Assembly: GCA_038895475.1 (NCBI GenBank)
Contig: JAWANI010000004.1
Location: 1 to 51,500 of the forward strand
Origin: Candidatus Woesearchaeota archaeon
GTDB taxonomy: Archaea > Nanobdellota > Nanobdellia > Woesearchaeales > UBA9642
Reading direction: 5' to 3'
DNA: 51,500 bases
Shown here: positions 38,963-48,168 of the stretch, piece by piece
How the letters are laid out: each line of letters begins with the position of its first letter
How positions within the stretch are numbered: the first letter of the stretch is position 1
Notes under the pieces: generated by a model
The model's database searches: none
Told to the model about the DNA's origin: nothing
The model's input: only the letters and a program-made list of their open reading frames with translations
Made by a program: the position numbers and the translations under genes

Positions 38963-39373
38963 TTATATTTTTATGCTTTTTATTCTGCCTTTAAATTCAG
39001 GGATTTTCTTTATTTTTTTAACTTCTTTTTTAATAATTTTTGGAAGTTTCTTATTTATACCTTTAGGATAACATTCGTTGTTTGATGAAAGATTTATAGT
39101 TAGAATATATTTTTCTCTACCAAAAAAATTCTTTTTAACATGGAAAGTTATAAATATTTTTGATGCAATTTCTTTTTTTTCAGGAGCAGATAAGTATATA
39201 TTGAAAGTCCCGTTCTGTGCATCTATATCATCAATATATTTTAAACTTTTAAAGTTATTTTTTTCTTTAATTAATTTTTCATTAAGTACTTTTGTTAAAT
39301 TGTCAAATAAAATGGACAATAATTCTATATTTGCATATAATGTGTTGTTGTGCTCTTCCAAGTATTTATTCAT
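38963..39373 (-). CDS. Hypothetical protein
   Basis: 136-aa ORF co-oriented with neighbours. Confidence 0.6.
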   Translation of the reverse strand: MNKYLEEHNNTLYANIELLSILFDNLTKVLNEKLIKEKNNFKSLKYIDDIDAQNGTFNIYLSAPEKKEIASKIFITFHVKKNFFGREKYILTINLSSNNECYPKGINKKLPKIIKKEVKKIKKIPEFKGRIKSIKI

Positions 39374-39415
39374 TTTTTAATACTTTTTTTGTTCAGTTTT
39401 TGATTTTATATTTTT

Positions 39416-39928
39416 TTAAACATTAAATTTAAAATTTATTTTTACATTTTCAGACCTTATTAAAGGGTCCTCTAGTAAAACAAGTCTACTTGCCATGATT
39501 TTGTTTTTTAAATCCTTTAGTCTGTATTTAAGTTCGTCATTGGTTATTGCATTTATTTCATCAGTAGTTATTATGCTTGTTACATCTAATCTGTTTCCTG
39601 AAAATAGTTTTTTTGTAAATTTAAGAAATATGTTTAAAACAATTTTTCCTTTACTATTAAAAACCTTGTATGTTTCTATTCCGTCTTCACTTAGTATTTC
39701 AGATCTTAATTTTTTATCTTTGGTGTTTTTTGCTAATTCATCGAATATTCCTGATTTATATATATAATATGCCATGTATGATTTGTCAGCGTATATTTCT
39801 CCATTATTATATTTTAGTTTTGCATTTTTTTCGGGCAGTATTTCTCCTGTTTCATTAACAGTATAAAAATCTCCTTTGTCTGTTATTCTTATTTTTCTTG
39901 CTTGAGGCCATTTTGTTTCAGTGCTCAT
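39416..39928 (-). CDS. Hypothetical protein
   Basis: 170-aa ORF with GGTGA RBS. Confidence 0.7.
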   Translation of the reverse strand: MSTETKWPQARKIRITDKGDFYTVNETGEILPEKNAKLKYNNGEIYADKSYMAYYIYKSGIFDELAKNTKDKKLRSEILSEDGIETYKVFNSKGKIVLNIFLKFTKKLFSGNRLDVTSIITTDEINAITNDELKYRLKDLKNKIMASRLVLLEDPLIRSENVKINFKFNV

Positions 39929-39978
39929 TTTTTCACCATTTTAGTTATATTATAAATTAATTTTTAATTTATAATTAA

Positions 39979-40638
39979 TCACCAGAAGCTCCATTTTTTA
40001 ATTTTTTTCCTTTTTAACCAGTCATTTAATAGTTTTTCGGAATTTTCGCCGAATTTTTTTTCATCTTCCCTAAATGCTGTTGTATGTGCATGATGTTTTC
40101 CGTTTTTTATTCTGAATGAATGTTTTTTATGAAGCATTTCATGATACATTACATAATCCAGTATATGTGATTCTTCAGTCGGAATATTTTTGAATATTTT
40201 GCTTATATATATTGTGTCTGTAGTATAATCATAACTTCCCAGCTTAGAAAAAGATTCTGATGCAAATAACAAATTCGGTTCATCCATTAATCCGTTGAAC
40301 ATTTTTTGATTAACCCTTTGAAAACTTTCCCTAAGTTCATTTTCCTGAGTGTGTTTTTTTGCATACTTAGAAAGTCCTTTTATAAAATTTTCATATAGTT
40401 CAATTTCAGCAGTTTTTGCTTTAATTTTAAAGATTTTTACCAATAAACTTTGCAATAATCCTATTTGTATTTCATCATCAACAAGTTTCCATTCCTTGGA
40501 AAGTTTAAAGGTTATTTCTTTAGAATTATGCTTAGCATTTGCATTGTAATTTTTAAAATGTCCAGAATAAGACAGTTTATGTATTCTATTGTCTTGTATT
40601 CCTAATCCTTCGAATGCTTTTTCAATTAGGATATTCAT
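39979..40638 (-). CDS. SprT/YgjP-like zinc metalloprotease domain protein
   Basis: KLGSY, DYVMYHEMLH, AHT..F. Confidence 0.8.
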   Translation of the reverse strand: MNILIEKAFEGLGIQDNRIHKLSYSGHFKNYNANAKHNSKEITFKLSKEWKLVDDEIQIGLLQSLLVKIFKIKAKTAEIELYENFIKGLSKYAKKHTQENELRESFQRVNQKMFNGLMDEPNLLFASESFSKLGSYDYTTDTIYISKIFKNIPTEESHILDYVMYHEMLHKKHSFRIKNGKHHAHTTAFREDEKKFGENSEKLLNDWLKRKKIKKWSFW

Positions 40639-40663
40639 ATTTGAATGTATTATTTAATTTTAT

Positions 40664-41794
40664 TTATTCGTTATGAACTTCATAGCGTAGTATTGCCGCA
40701 ATTTTTCCTAATTCTTTTAACTGTACTCCTTCTCTTGTTTCTGTGCTTATTATGTAAATATTTGTAGACATTTTTTCTGCCTCTTCTGTAAATAAATCTA
40801 TGGTTTCATCATCTAATGATTCAGAAAGCAACACTGTATCTACAGCACCCATTTTTATTTTGTTCATGACCTCTTCTTTTCCATATGCAGCCTTTCCGGG
40901 GTTTTTTCCAAGTATTTCAAGAAATTTATTCATTATTTTTTTTTCTTCTGAAATATCCTCATTTACAAGTATGTCTTCTGATTTTTCTACTAATTCCTGC
41001 AATCCAAAATCTCCGGTGTAGCTTAAATCTTTTATTGCTAATATTTTGTTTTTAACTTCTGTAGTTATAAAATTTCCATCTACAAATTCATATTTTGTGG
41101 GTCCGGGACCTCCTACCAGTATTCCTTTTAGTTCGCTCATGTTTAGAAATTGGTCTTTTGCCATTTCTCCTATTTTTTTATAAAAATCTTTTGCTGCTAA
41201 CTCTCTGTTTTGTGCAAATCTCATTGCTGATTGCCCTCCTGCTTTAAATTTTCCTGGAACCATTGATTCCTCATTAACCAATGGTATGATTGATTTTCCT
41301 TTTAATAATGCAATATTTGCTTCTCTTCTGTCAATAACAATAAGTCCATAAACGGATTTGTCTTCAACCATTTCTCTTAATGGGTCTAATATAAATTCCT
41401 TATCACACCTGTATAATCTTACATTAATAGGATTTGGAGGTTCTATAGACCAAACTCTATAATCTTGAAATCCCTCTCTTTTAGCAACATTTCCAGAAAA
41501 AGCAGCTAAACCATTTGTTGGTGTTCTTTTAACAAGCTTTAAATGTTGTATCATTCTTTCCAATGCAGAAATTACTGCGTCTCTGTTTGTTTTAGATTTT
41601 ATATTTGTTGCTGTACCTTGTTCTTGTTGTAAATGATTTATTATGGCATTCATATCATATCCTGCAGGAATATAAACTGATACTAATTCTGTATGTCTTC
41701 CCCTGATTGTTTCTAATTCTCTTATAAAATGCTTAAGTTTTTGTCTTTGCTGTTGACTTATCTTTTTTTGTTCTTCTTCATTAATATTTGTCAT
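40664..41794 (-). CDS. prf1: Peptide chain release factor aRF1
   Basis: TELVSVYIP, NIKS, YRCD, GGQS. Confidence 0.97.
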   Translation of the reverse strand: MTNINEEEQKKISQQQRQKLKHFIRELETIRGRHTELVSVYIPAGYDMNAIINHLQQEQGTATNIKSKTNRDAVISALERMIQHLKLVKRTPTNGLAAFSGNVAKREGFQDYRVWSIEPPNPINVRLYRCDKEFILDPLREMVEDKSVYGLIVIDRREANIALLKGKSIIPLVNEESMVPGKFKAGGQSAMRFAQNRELAAKDFYKKIGEMAKDQFLNMSELKGILVGGPGPTKYEFVDGNFITTEVKNKILAIKDLSYTGDFGLQELVEKSEDILVNEDISEEKKIMNKFLEILGKNPGKAAYGKEEVMNKIKMGAVDTVLLSESLDDETIDLFTEEAEKMSTNIYIISTETREGVQLKELGKIAAILRYEVHNE

Positions 41795-41913
41795 ATTAAA
41801 AGAATTAAATGATGGTTTTTAAATGTTATTACAAAAGATATTTTGTAAGACTTATTTTTTTATGGGCGTTTTACAATAAATTTTTAAACATAGTATTATT
41901 CTTTTTTATTCTT

Positions 41914-41985
41914 GCGGGTATAGCCAAGCGGTAAGGCAGCCGCCTGCAGAGCGGCCATGCGGGGGTTCAAATCCCTCTACCCGCT
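41914..41985 (+). tRNA. tRNA-Cys(GCA), intronless
   Basis: GCGGGTA/TACCCGC acceptor, GCCGC/GCGGC anticodon stem with CT-GCA-GA loop, U discriminator. Confidence 0.95.
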
Positions 41986-42477
41986 TTGAAGCATATTGAT
42001 ATAGCCAGGGAATTTGGGAAGTATTGTTATAGTAAGAAGAATGATTATGATATAATTGATATTGTTCTTTTTGGTTCTGTCGCAAAAAAACATCTTAATC
42101 CCAAAGATATTGATATTATGTTAATACATGAAAATCCTGTTTTTGAAAAATTACAAAATCTTCATGGTAAAGATTATTTCAGCAATGATATACAAAGATT
42201 TCACTTGATTGATAAAATGCTTCAGGACCACAATTATCCTTCAATTAAGGAAGTTATGAAAAATAATGTTATTGCAGAAGCAATATCTAAAAACATTCTT
42301 AATCTTAGGTATCTTAATAAGAATTTTTTTCATGATAAAATATATTATGAGGAAGAGATATTGAGAAATATCGATCCAAAATTTTTTGATAACATTTTTG
42401 AATATGCTTTGCTTTGGAATCCAAATACCGAAAATTATGATATTCCTATAAAGAATAAATATAAATTACTAAAATAA
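41986..42477 (+). CDS. Pol-beta-superfamily (MNT-like) nucleotidyltransferase
   Basis: IVLFGSVAK...KDIDI motif; TTG start abuts the tRNA. Confidence 0.8.
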   Translation: MKHIDIAREFGKYCYSKKNDYDIIDIVLFGSVAKKHLNPKDIDIMLIHENPVFEKLQNLHGKDYFSNDIQRFHLIDKMLQDHNYPSIKEVMKNNVIAEAISKNILNLRYLNKNFFHDKIYYEEEILRNIDPKFFDNIFEYALLWNPNTENYDIPIKNKYKLLK

Positions 42478-42486
42478 TGTGAAATT

Positions 42487-42723
42487 ATGGGAGATTTAGA
42501 AATTAAAATAGGCGGAATTTATAAGCATTTCAAGGGTAATGAATATGAAGTTATCGCGTTGGCAAGGGATAGTGAAACATTGGAAGAGATGATTGTTTAT
42601 AAAGGATTATATGAACACCCAGAATTTGGTTACGGTGCAGTATGGGTAAGGCCTTTAAAAATGTTTAATGCATATATAGAAAGAGCAGAATATAAGGGAC
42701 CAAGATTTAAACTTATAAAGTAG
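42487..42723 (+). CDS. DUF1653-family protein
   Basis: GIYKHFKGNEYEV, DSETLEEMIVY, WVRPLKMF, PRF. Confidence 0.9.
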   Translation: MGDLEIKIGGIYKHFKGNEYEVIALARDSETLEEMIVYKGLYEHPEFGYGAVWVRPLKMFNAYIERAEYKGPRFKLIK

Positions 42724-42866
42724 ATTTAAACTTATTCCATAAAATTATATTAGTAGTTTATATCGAATTTTATTTATTAAATATTATTATGTTAAATTTT
42801 ATTATATTAACTTATAGCATATTATAATTAATAATATTTTTAAATTCTTTTTATGTCCGATCCTAA

Positions 42867-43202
42867 ATGCGTGATGAAAAAGGCATTGAGAAACATATTT
42901 TCAAACTTCTTCCACCAAGCAATTGGTATGCAGACAATTGGCACAATGTTACTTTGGCAGATTATTTGGCTAACGTTAATGCACCAACAGCTTTAGATTT
43001 TTCACAATTTTTAAATCCGAACTTAAAAATTTTTAATGATGAATCCAATAAATATGATGATGGTCAAACATATTTTATAGTATATGGGTCTAGGGAGGAA
43101 GCGGAAAAGCACATGAAATATTTCTCAGAAAAATTTGAATCCTACTTAAAGAAATTTTCTAAAGATGGAGAATATAAATTAAATTATTTGTTAATAAAAT
43201 AG
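42867..43202 (+). CDS. Hypothetical protein
   Basis: 111-aa ORF with a TATA box about 23 nt upstream. Confidence 0.6.
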   Translation: MRDEKGIEKHIFKLLPPSNWYADNWHNVTLADYLANVNAPTALDFSQFLNPNLKIFNDESNKYDDGQTYFIVYGSREEAEKHMKYFSEKFESYLKKFSKDGEYKLNYLLIK

Positions 43203-43234
43203 ATTTGTTGTCTTTTTTATATTATTTTTTTATA

Positions 43235-43840
43235 TTAAATTCTATTATTATCTTTTTTAGATATTTCGTATATAAAATATATTATTATTACTGCTATCCC
43301 GCCTATTAAGAAATATGTTGCAGGTGTTAATTGGAATGTTGATATAGTAATATCTTGTGCAATCGGAGAGGCCATCAGTTTTGCACTTTCTGTTGTGGTT
43401 TGTTCCATAATTATTGATTCTGTACTCATTAATTTATTATTCTGTAATGTTAATGAATTTAATAATTGCATTATGAAAGCAACTATTGCAGTTATTATTG
43501 TTAAAGGCAATATTTTTTTTAGGGCTTCTAAAAATTTTGAATCTTGATTTAACGGGGCAATTATTATATATTTATTTGCTAAAGTGTAATGGTTTATTTC
43601 CTTTCCCTTTTTGCTGTAATGAAATTCTTCTACTACAACAAGACCTGCTTCCTGCAATTGTTTTATATTATAATGTATTGTCGATAATGGTATTTTGAGT
43701 TCTTTTGATAATTCTGATTCTGTAGCATCTTTTTTAGCAAGGTAATCTATTATTTTTCTTGAGGTATCATTATTTATTACTTCAGCAATTTTTTTTGCTT
43801 TCTTTTCCTCTAAAGATACCAGCAAAAAGTTTTTGTTCAC
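43235..43840 (-). CDS. ArsR-like HTH regulator with two C-terminal TM helices
   Basis: NDTSRKII, ATESELSKELKIPLSTIHYNIKQL..AGLV, YSKKGKE; probable GTG start at 43840 after GGATGA. Confidence 0.85.
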   Translation of the reverse strand: MNKNFLLVSLEEKKAKKIAEVINNDTSRKIIDYLAKKDATESELSKELKIPLSTIHYNIKQLQEAGLVVVEEFHYSKKGKEINHYTLANKYIIIAPLNQDSKFLEALKKILPLTIITAIVAFIMQLLNSLTLQNNKLMSTESIIMEQTTTESAKLMASPIAQDITISTFQLTPATYFLIGGIAVIIIYFIYEISKKDNNRI

Positions 43841-43968
43841 AAAATCATCCTTCTCTTTGTTTAATTCGTTTTTAAATTCTTTAGTGTTATATCCCATAAA
43901 AAGAAATAATCTTTCCATATTTAAATATGTTTTTAAGTTTAAATGAAATTAAAGTCTAGATTAAGTTT

Positions 43969-44772
43969 TTATTCTGAAAACAAAGTTCCTGTGCATTTTC
44001 CTAATGCCCAATCACCATCGTAAGTGCATTCCCATTCACAGTTATTTGTATTTTGTATTATTGCGCAATTATTTTTTAGTTTGCACGAAATACTTCCAGA
44101 GAATGTTCCAGAGTTTGTTTTTTCTAAAAATATTTTAAGATTGTTGTTTTTTTCAAATATACATGTTCCTTCTTTGCCTATTGTTTCTTTAACATTGTTT
44201 TTGGATTCCTGTAATTGTATTGTTATTTCTTCCTGGGAAACACCATTAGAATATGCTTGGCTTAAGAGTTCTTCTGAGAATTCTACATCTGCATCTATAA
44301 TGCCTATTTTTAATACACAATTGTTTTCCTGTTTGTTTATTTCATATTGCTGTATGGATTTTATAATCATTCCAAATAATTCTGTTTCCTGCTCAAAGAT
44401 TGTTTTTGCAGAATCACAATTTGTTGATGATTTTATTAAACAATCCATGTTGCACTCATTGCTTGTGTCCTGCATATTTATATTGTTTAGACTAAAAAAA
44501 TTTTTATCTATAATGTTTTTGGAATATCCTATTATTGGTTCTTGGAAAAAGTATGCTGTACTTAATAATCCTATTATAATAATAAAAGAGATTATCCATG
44601 TTTTTTTATGGCTTATTTTTATCTCTTTTGTTCCTTCATCCATTGCGTATATTGTCGCTTGTTTAATATCCTCATATGGTATTCCCTGATTTAATAATGA
44701 TTGTTTTATTTCCTCCAAAGAATGTCCTTCGTGCAGATACTTTTTTATATATGGAACAAGCCTGTAATCCAT
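43969..44772 (-). CDS. Single-TM membrane protein with N-terminal helical module and Cys-rich outer domain
   Basis: YIKKYLHEGHSLEEIKQSLLNQG, then a TM segment, then multiple Cys. Confidence 0.75.
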   Translation of the reverse strand: MDYRLVPYIKKYLHEGHSLEEIKQSLLNQGIPYEDIKQATIYAMDEGTKEIKISHKKTWIISFIIIIGLLSTAYFFQEPIIGYSKNIIDKNFFSLNNINMQDTSNECNMDCLIKSSTNCDSAKTIFEQETELFGMIIKSIQQYEINKQENNCVLKIGIIDADVEFSEELLSQAYSNGVSQEEITIQLQESKNNVKETIGKEGTCIFEKNNNLKIFLEKTNSGTFSGSISCKLKNNCAIIQNTNNCEWECTYDGDWALGKCTGTLFSE

Positions 44773-44906
44773 GATAATGATTTATTTTGCATTAATAAAA
44801 ATCTTTTGAACTATGATTAAATAGTTACTTTTTAGACTTTGCTGTTTTTTATAATATTCTAGATATTTTAAAAAAACTTTTTAAATAGTGTTTTTTTTTC
44901 ATAGAT

Positions 44907-45264
44907 TGTTGGGTGGCGCTTGGCAGTGGGTGAACAATTGTAAAATGTTGTTTGCTCAGGAAAGTCCGCTCACAGTAAAAAGGCCACACGTGAAAACGTG
45001 CTCGTTAATAGCGAGGGCAACAGCACAGAAACGGAACCTATCATCGATTGGGATGATTGGATATGCTCGAAGGCGACTTTGAGCTGATTCCATGAAGTGC
45101 GTTATTGCACTCAGGGGATTATTAAGAATTTCCTGCGTCTCGATGATTAAGGATGAAACGGCTAGTCCTGGCTTGTGCAACTCTTAAAGAGGCTTAGTTT
45201 AATGCCAAGAAAGCTCTTTCCATTAATGGAGGGCTTACAGAAAGCGGCTTACAACCACCCAACA
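44907..45264 (+). ncRNA. rnpB: RNase P RNA
   Basis: TGTTGGGTGG/CCACCCAACA P1, CR-I AGGAAAGTCCGC, CR-II ACAGAAAC, CR-III TGAAACGG, CR-V ACAGAAAGCGGCTTA; GC-rich island followed by a T-run. Confidence 0.93.
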
Positions 45265-45356
45265 CTTTTTTATTCATTTAAAAAAGAGAATCTTTATTTC
45301 TTTTTTTACTTTTTTATATAAAAATATTTAAAGAATCAATTTTAATAACAAATCAT

Positions 45357-46019
45357 ATGAGTAAAGCAGTTGTGGATAAACACGAAACAAACAAAAGGGA
45401 GAGAACAAAATATTTCTTGGAGATTTTTCAAAAGGCTGAAAAAAAGTATAGTAAAAACAAAAAACGGCTTGCAGGAGAGGGATGGAAAGAAGATTGGATG
45501 ACACTTATAGCAACTATTCTTAGTGCACAAACAAGAGATGAAACAACAATACCTGTCGCTGAGGCATTATTCAAGAAATATCCGAAAATTCATTTGCTTG
45601 CGAAAGCAAAACTACATGATGTTGAAAAAACAATAAAAAGAATCAATTTCTACAAGAACAAATCTAAGAACATTATTGGGGCGGCAAAATGGCTTATGGC
45701 AAACGGATATACAGACGGAAGCGTTCCTGACACCATAGAGGAATTAATAAAAATACCCGGTGTTGGTAGAAAAACAGCAAATCTTATTATAACGGAAGTT
45801 CATAAAAAAGACGGAATATGTGTTGATACTCATGTTCACAGAATATCCAATGTTTTCGGTTTTGTAAATACTAAAAACCCCAAAGAAACAGAATTTGCAC
45901 TAATGGATATTGTTCCAAGAAAGTATTGGTCAAAAATCAACAGAATATTTGTGTTGTGGGGCAAAGAGGTTAAAGGGAGGGATAAAGAGAAATTCTTAAA
46001 AAAATTAAATTCTCCATAA
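45357..46019 (+). CDS. nth: Endonuclease III (HhH-GPD) lacking the C-terminal 4Fe-4S motif
   Basis: ILSAQTRD, LIKIPGVGRKTAN, VDTHVHRI. Confidence 0.9.
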   Translation: MSKAVVDKHETNKRERTKYFLEIFQKAEKKYSKNKKRLAGEGWKEDWMTLIATILSAQTRDETTIPVAEALFKKYPKIHLLAKAKLHDVEKTIKRINFYKNKSKNIIGAAKWLMANGYTDGSVPDTIEELIKIPGVGRKTANLIITEVHKKDGICVDTHVHRISNVFGFVNTKNPKETEFALMDIVPRKYWSKINRIFVLWGKEVKGRDKEKFLKKLNSP

Positions 46020-46052
46020 CATTTTTAAATTCTTCTTCATTTTCACTTAACT

Positions 46053-46229
46053 ATGTCACAGGACAAGATTTCAATGCCTAGTAGTATGGCTGGATTAACC
46101 AGATATTTTGATGATTATAAGTCAAAGATAGAGCTTAAACCCGAACATGTAATAGTTTTAATAATCTTAGTTATAATATTAGAGATTATTTTGAATTGGC
46201 AAGGTTCTGCTTGGTTTGGCCTTCAGTGA
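46053..46229 (+). CDS. secG: Preprotein translocase Sec61beta, absent from the ORF track
   Basis: MPSSMAGLTRYFDDYKSKIELKPEHV followed by one TM helix. Confidence 0.92.
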   Translation: MSQDKISMPSSMAGLTRYFDDYKSKIELKPEHVIVLIILVIILEIILNWQGSAWFGLQ

Positions 46230-46374
46230 TTTTCTGAGGAGGGAGTTATGAAAATGATATTATTGTTTTTGTCTTCACATATTTTTGCTTTCATTTCATT
46301 TTTAATATCTGTTTTAAAATATTAAATATTTATAAATAATATTTATCTCAAATAATTAAGGTGATATTAAATTG

Positions 46375-46731
46375 ATGCCGAACATTAATTCCAGGCAAAT
46401 GCAGCAGATGATGCGCAGGATGGGCATTCAGCAGCAGGATGTTGATGCAGAAGAGGTAATTATAAAATGTTCAGATAAAATAATAAGAATAATTAATCCG
46501 TCTGTGCAAAAAGTAAATATGATGGGTCAAAAAACCTATCAAATATCTGGTGAAGAACAAATAGAAGAATTTAAAGAAAATAATAATATTTTATCTGAAA
46601 TTTCAGATGAAGATATAAAAACAGTTATGGAACAAACAAACTGTTCCAAAGATGTAGCAATTGATATGTTAAAGCAAACTAATGGCGATATTGCCCAAGC
46701 AATACTTTTAATAAAAGAAAAACAACAGTAA
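46375..46731 (+). CDS. nac: Nascent polypeptide-associated complex protein
   Basis: MQQMMRRMGI, AEEVII, MGQKTYQI, UBA-like EDIKTVMEQT..NGDIAQAI. Confidence 0.95.
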   Translation: MPNINSRQMQQMMRRMGIQQQDVDAEEVIIKCSDKIIRIINPSVQKVNMMGQKTYQISGEEQIEEFKENNNILSEISDEDIKTVMEQTNCSKDVAIDMLKQTNGDIAQAILLIKEKQQ

Positions 46732-46752
46732 GAACAACACCATAAATAATAA

Positions 46753-46798
46753 TATAATAAGACTAATAATATTATTATAATAAGACTAATAATATTAT
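46753..46798 (+). repeat. Exact 23-bp tandem duplication TATAATAAGACTAATAATATTAT x2
   Basis: Copies at 46753-46775 and 46776-46798. Confidence 0.85.
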
Positions 46799-46877
46799 AA
46801 AACTAGTTGAATAATAAAAAACATTATATACTCAAAATTATATAAAAACAAAATCAAAATAAATACTATATATTAAA

Positions 46878-47327
46878 ATGGATTTTGAATCTGCTAAAAT
46901 AAATACTGAGAAAAAATTGAAAGTAGCAGATCATCTTTTAGGAACAACATATTCTTTTGTAAAGGATCCAAAATTATTATTATCAGTTATAGATAACTTA
47001 TTTCAAGCTTTAGATCTTGCAATAACAACCCTTGTAGATTTTGAGAAAAAAACAGATAATAGCATAGAAAAAATAGATTTTTTTAGGAGAAAAATAATTC
47101 CGAAATATTCTTTAGAAAGAGAAATTTTGGATTTTTATATTGAATTAAAAGATCTGCTCGAGTTTCATAAAAACTCAGGAATGGAATTTTCCGCAAAGGA
47201 AAAATTTATCATGGCAGATAATGACTATAATTTAAAATCCCTCAAATATGAGGATGTAAAAAATAAATATTTATTGACAAAAAAATATGTATATAAAATT
47301 TTTGATATATTAACTCACTTGATATAA
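46878..47327 (+). CDS. Hypothetical helical protein
   Basis: KLKVADH motif shared with the next gene. Confidence 0.75.
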   Translation: MDFESAKINTEKKLKVADHLLGTTYSFVKDPKLLLSVIDNLFQALDLAITTLVDFEKKTDNSIEKIDFFRRKIIPKYSLEREILDFYIELKDLLEFHKNSGMEFSAKEKFIMADNDYNLKSLKYEDVKNKYLLTKKYVYKIFDILTHLI

Positions 47328-47404
47328 TTTTGATATAAAAAGTGCATAAAAAGAGGCATATTTATGTTTTAAAATTATAACGAATAACGTTAAAAGGTGA
47401 TATT

Positions 47405-48166
47405 ATGGATGAAGCTATAGAAAATGCTGTTGAAGAATTAAAAAGGGTCGACCATTCAATATTTGTAAGCTTAAAATATACAAGAACTGTCGATATTTTA
47501 GTCAATATACTTGCAAGGATGGTCGATTGTTATGAATATTTGTTTCTTGCACTTTTGAGATATGCAAAAGAAAACAAACTATGTTCTGATATTCCTTCTA
47601 CACCTATGGAGCGTGTTAAATTAATAAAAGAGGTTTATAAGGAACAAGAGATACATGATAATGTTGAATTATATTTATTGTTAAAAGCAATGCTGAAATC
47701 AAATTTCACAAGGGAAAACGAATATAGAAGGCATGTTGCTATGCGTGCAATAATTGCAGGTAGAGAAGAAATAATAAATATAAACATAATAAGCAGGTAT
47801 TATGAGCTTTTGACAAGTTTTTTCCATTTAGTGGATAATATAAGAAGAGGAACATATAAGCTGGGTAGTGGAAAACAAATAACAGATGTACATGATGCAG
47901 ATGAAGAAAATCCTGTAAATCCTTATTGGGAAGAAATAAACAAGATGAAAGAAGATGCAGAAATAGAAATTGCCAGGGACAAGGAAATGAGGGAACGTTT
48001 AAGGTTAGAAAAACAGCAAAAAGAATTACAAAGACAAAAAGATCTAGAGAAAGCAATTAAAAAGACAGAGAAAAAAGTAAGAAGAATAACCAAGAGAAAA
48101 CCTAAAATAAAACCTAAAAGGGTTATAAAAAACAAATCTTTTTTAAGTAAAAAATCCAAAAAATAA
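47405..48166 (+). CDS. Hypothetical protein with basic coiled-coil tail
   Basis: ELKRVDH motif; AGGTGA RBS; K/R-rich C-terminus. Confidence 0.8.
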   Translation: MDEAIENAVEELKRVDHSIFVSLKYTRTVDILVNILARMVDCYEYLFLALLRYAKENKLCSDIPSTPMERVKLIKEVYKEQEIHDNVELYLLLKAMLKSNFTRENEYRRHVAMRAIIAGREEIININIISRYYELLTSFFHLVDNIRRGTYKLGSGKQITDVHDADEENPVNPYWEEINKMKEDAEIEIARDKEMRERLRLEKQQKELQRQKDLEKAIKKTEKKVRRITKRKPKIKPKRVIKNKSFLSKKSKK

Positions 48167-48168
48167 AA

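Noticed and set aside
40664-41794. Alternative genetic code or stop-codon reassignment
   Set aside because: Conserved genes end normally at TAA, TAG and TGA, and aRF1 has canonical NIKS, YxCxxxF and GGQ motifs
41986-44772. Integrated mobile element at tRNA-Cys
   Set aside because: No integrase or transposase and no repeat of the tRNA 3' end seen in the window
44888-45180. ORFs 44888-45082 (+) and 44956-45180 (-)
   Set aside because: They overlap the RNase P RNA and arise from its higher GC content
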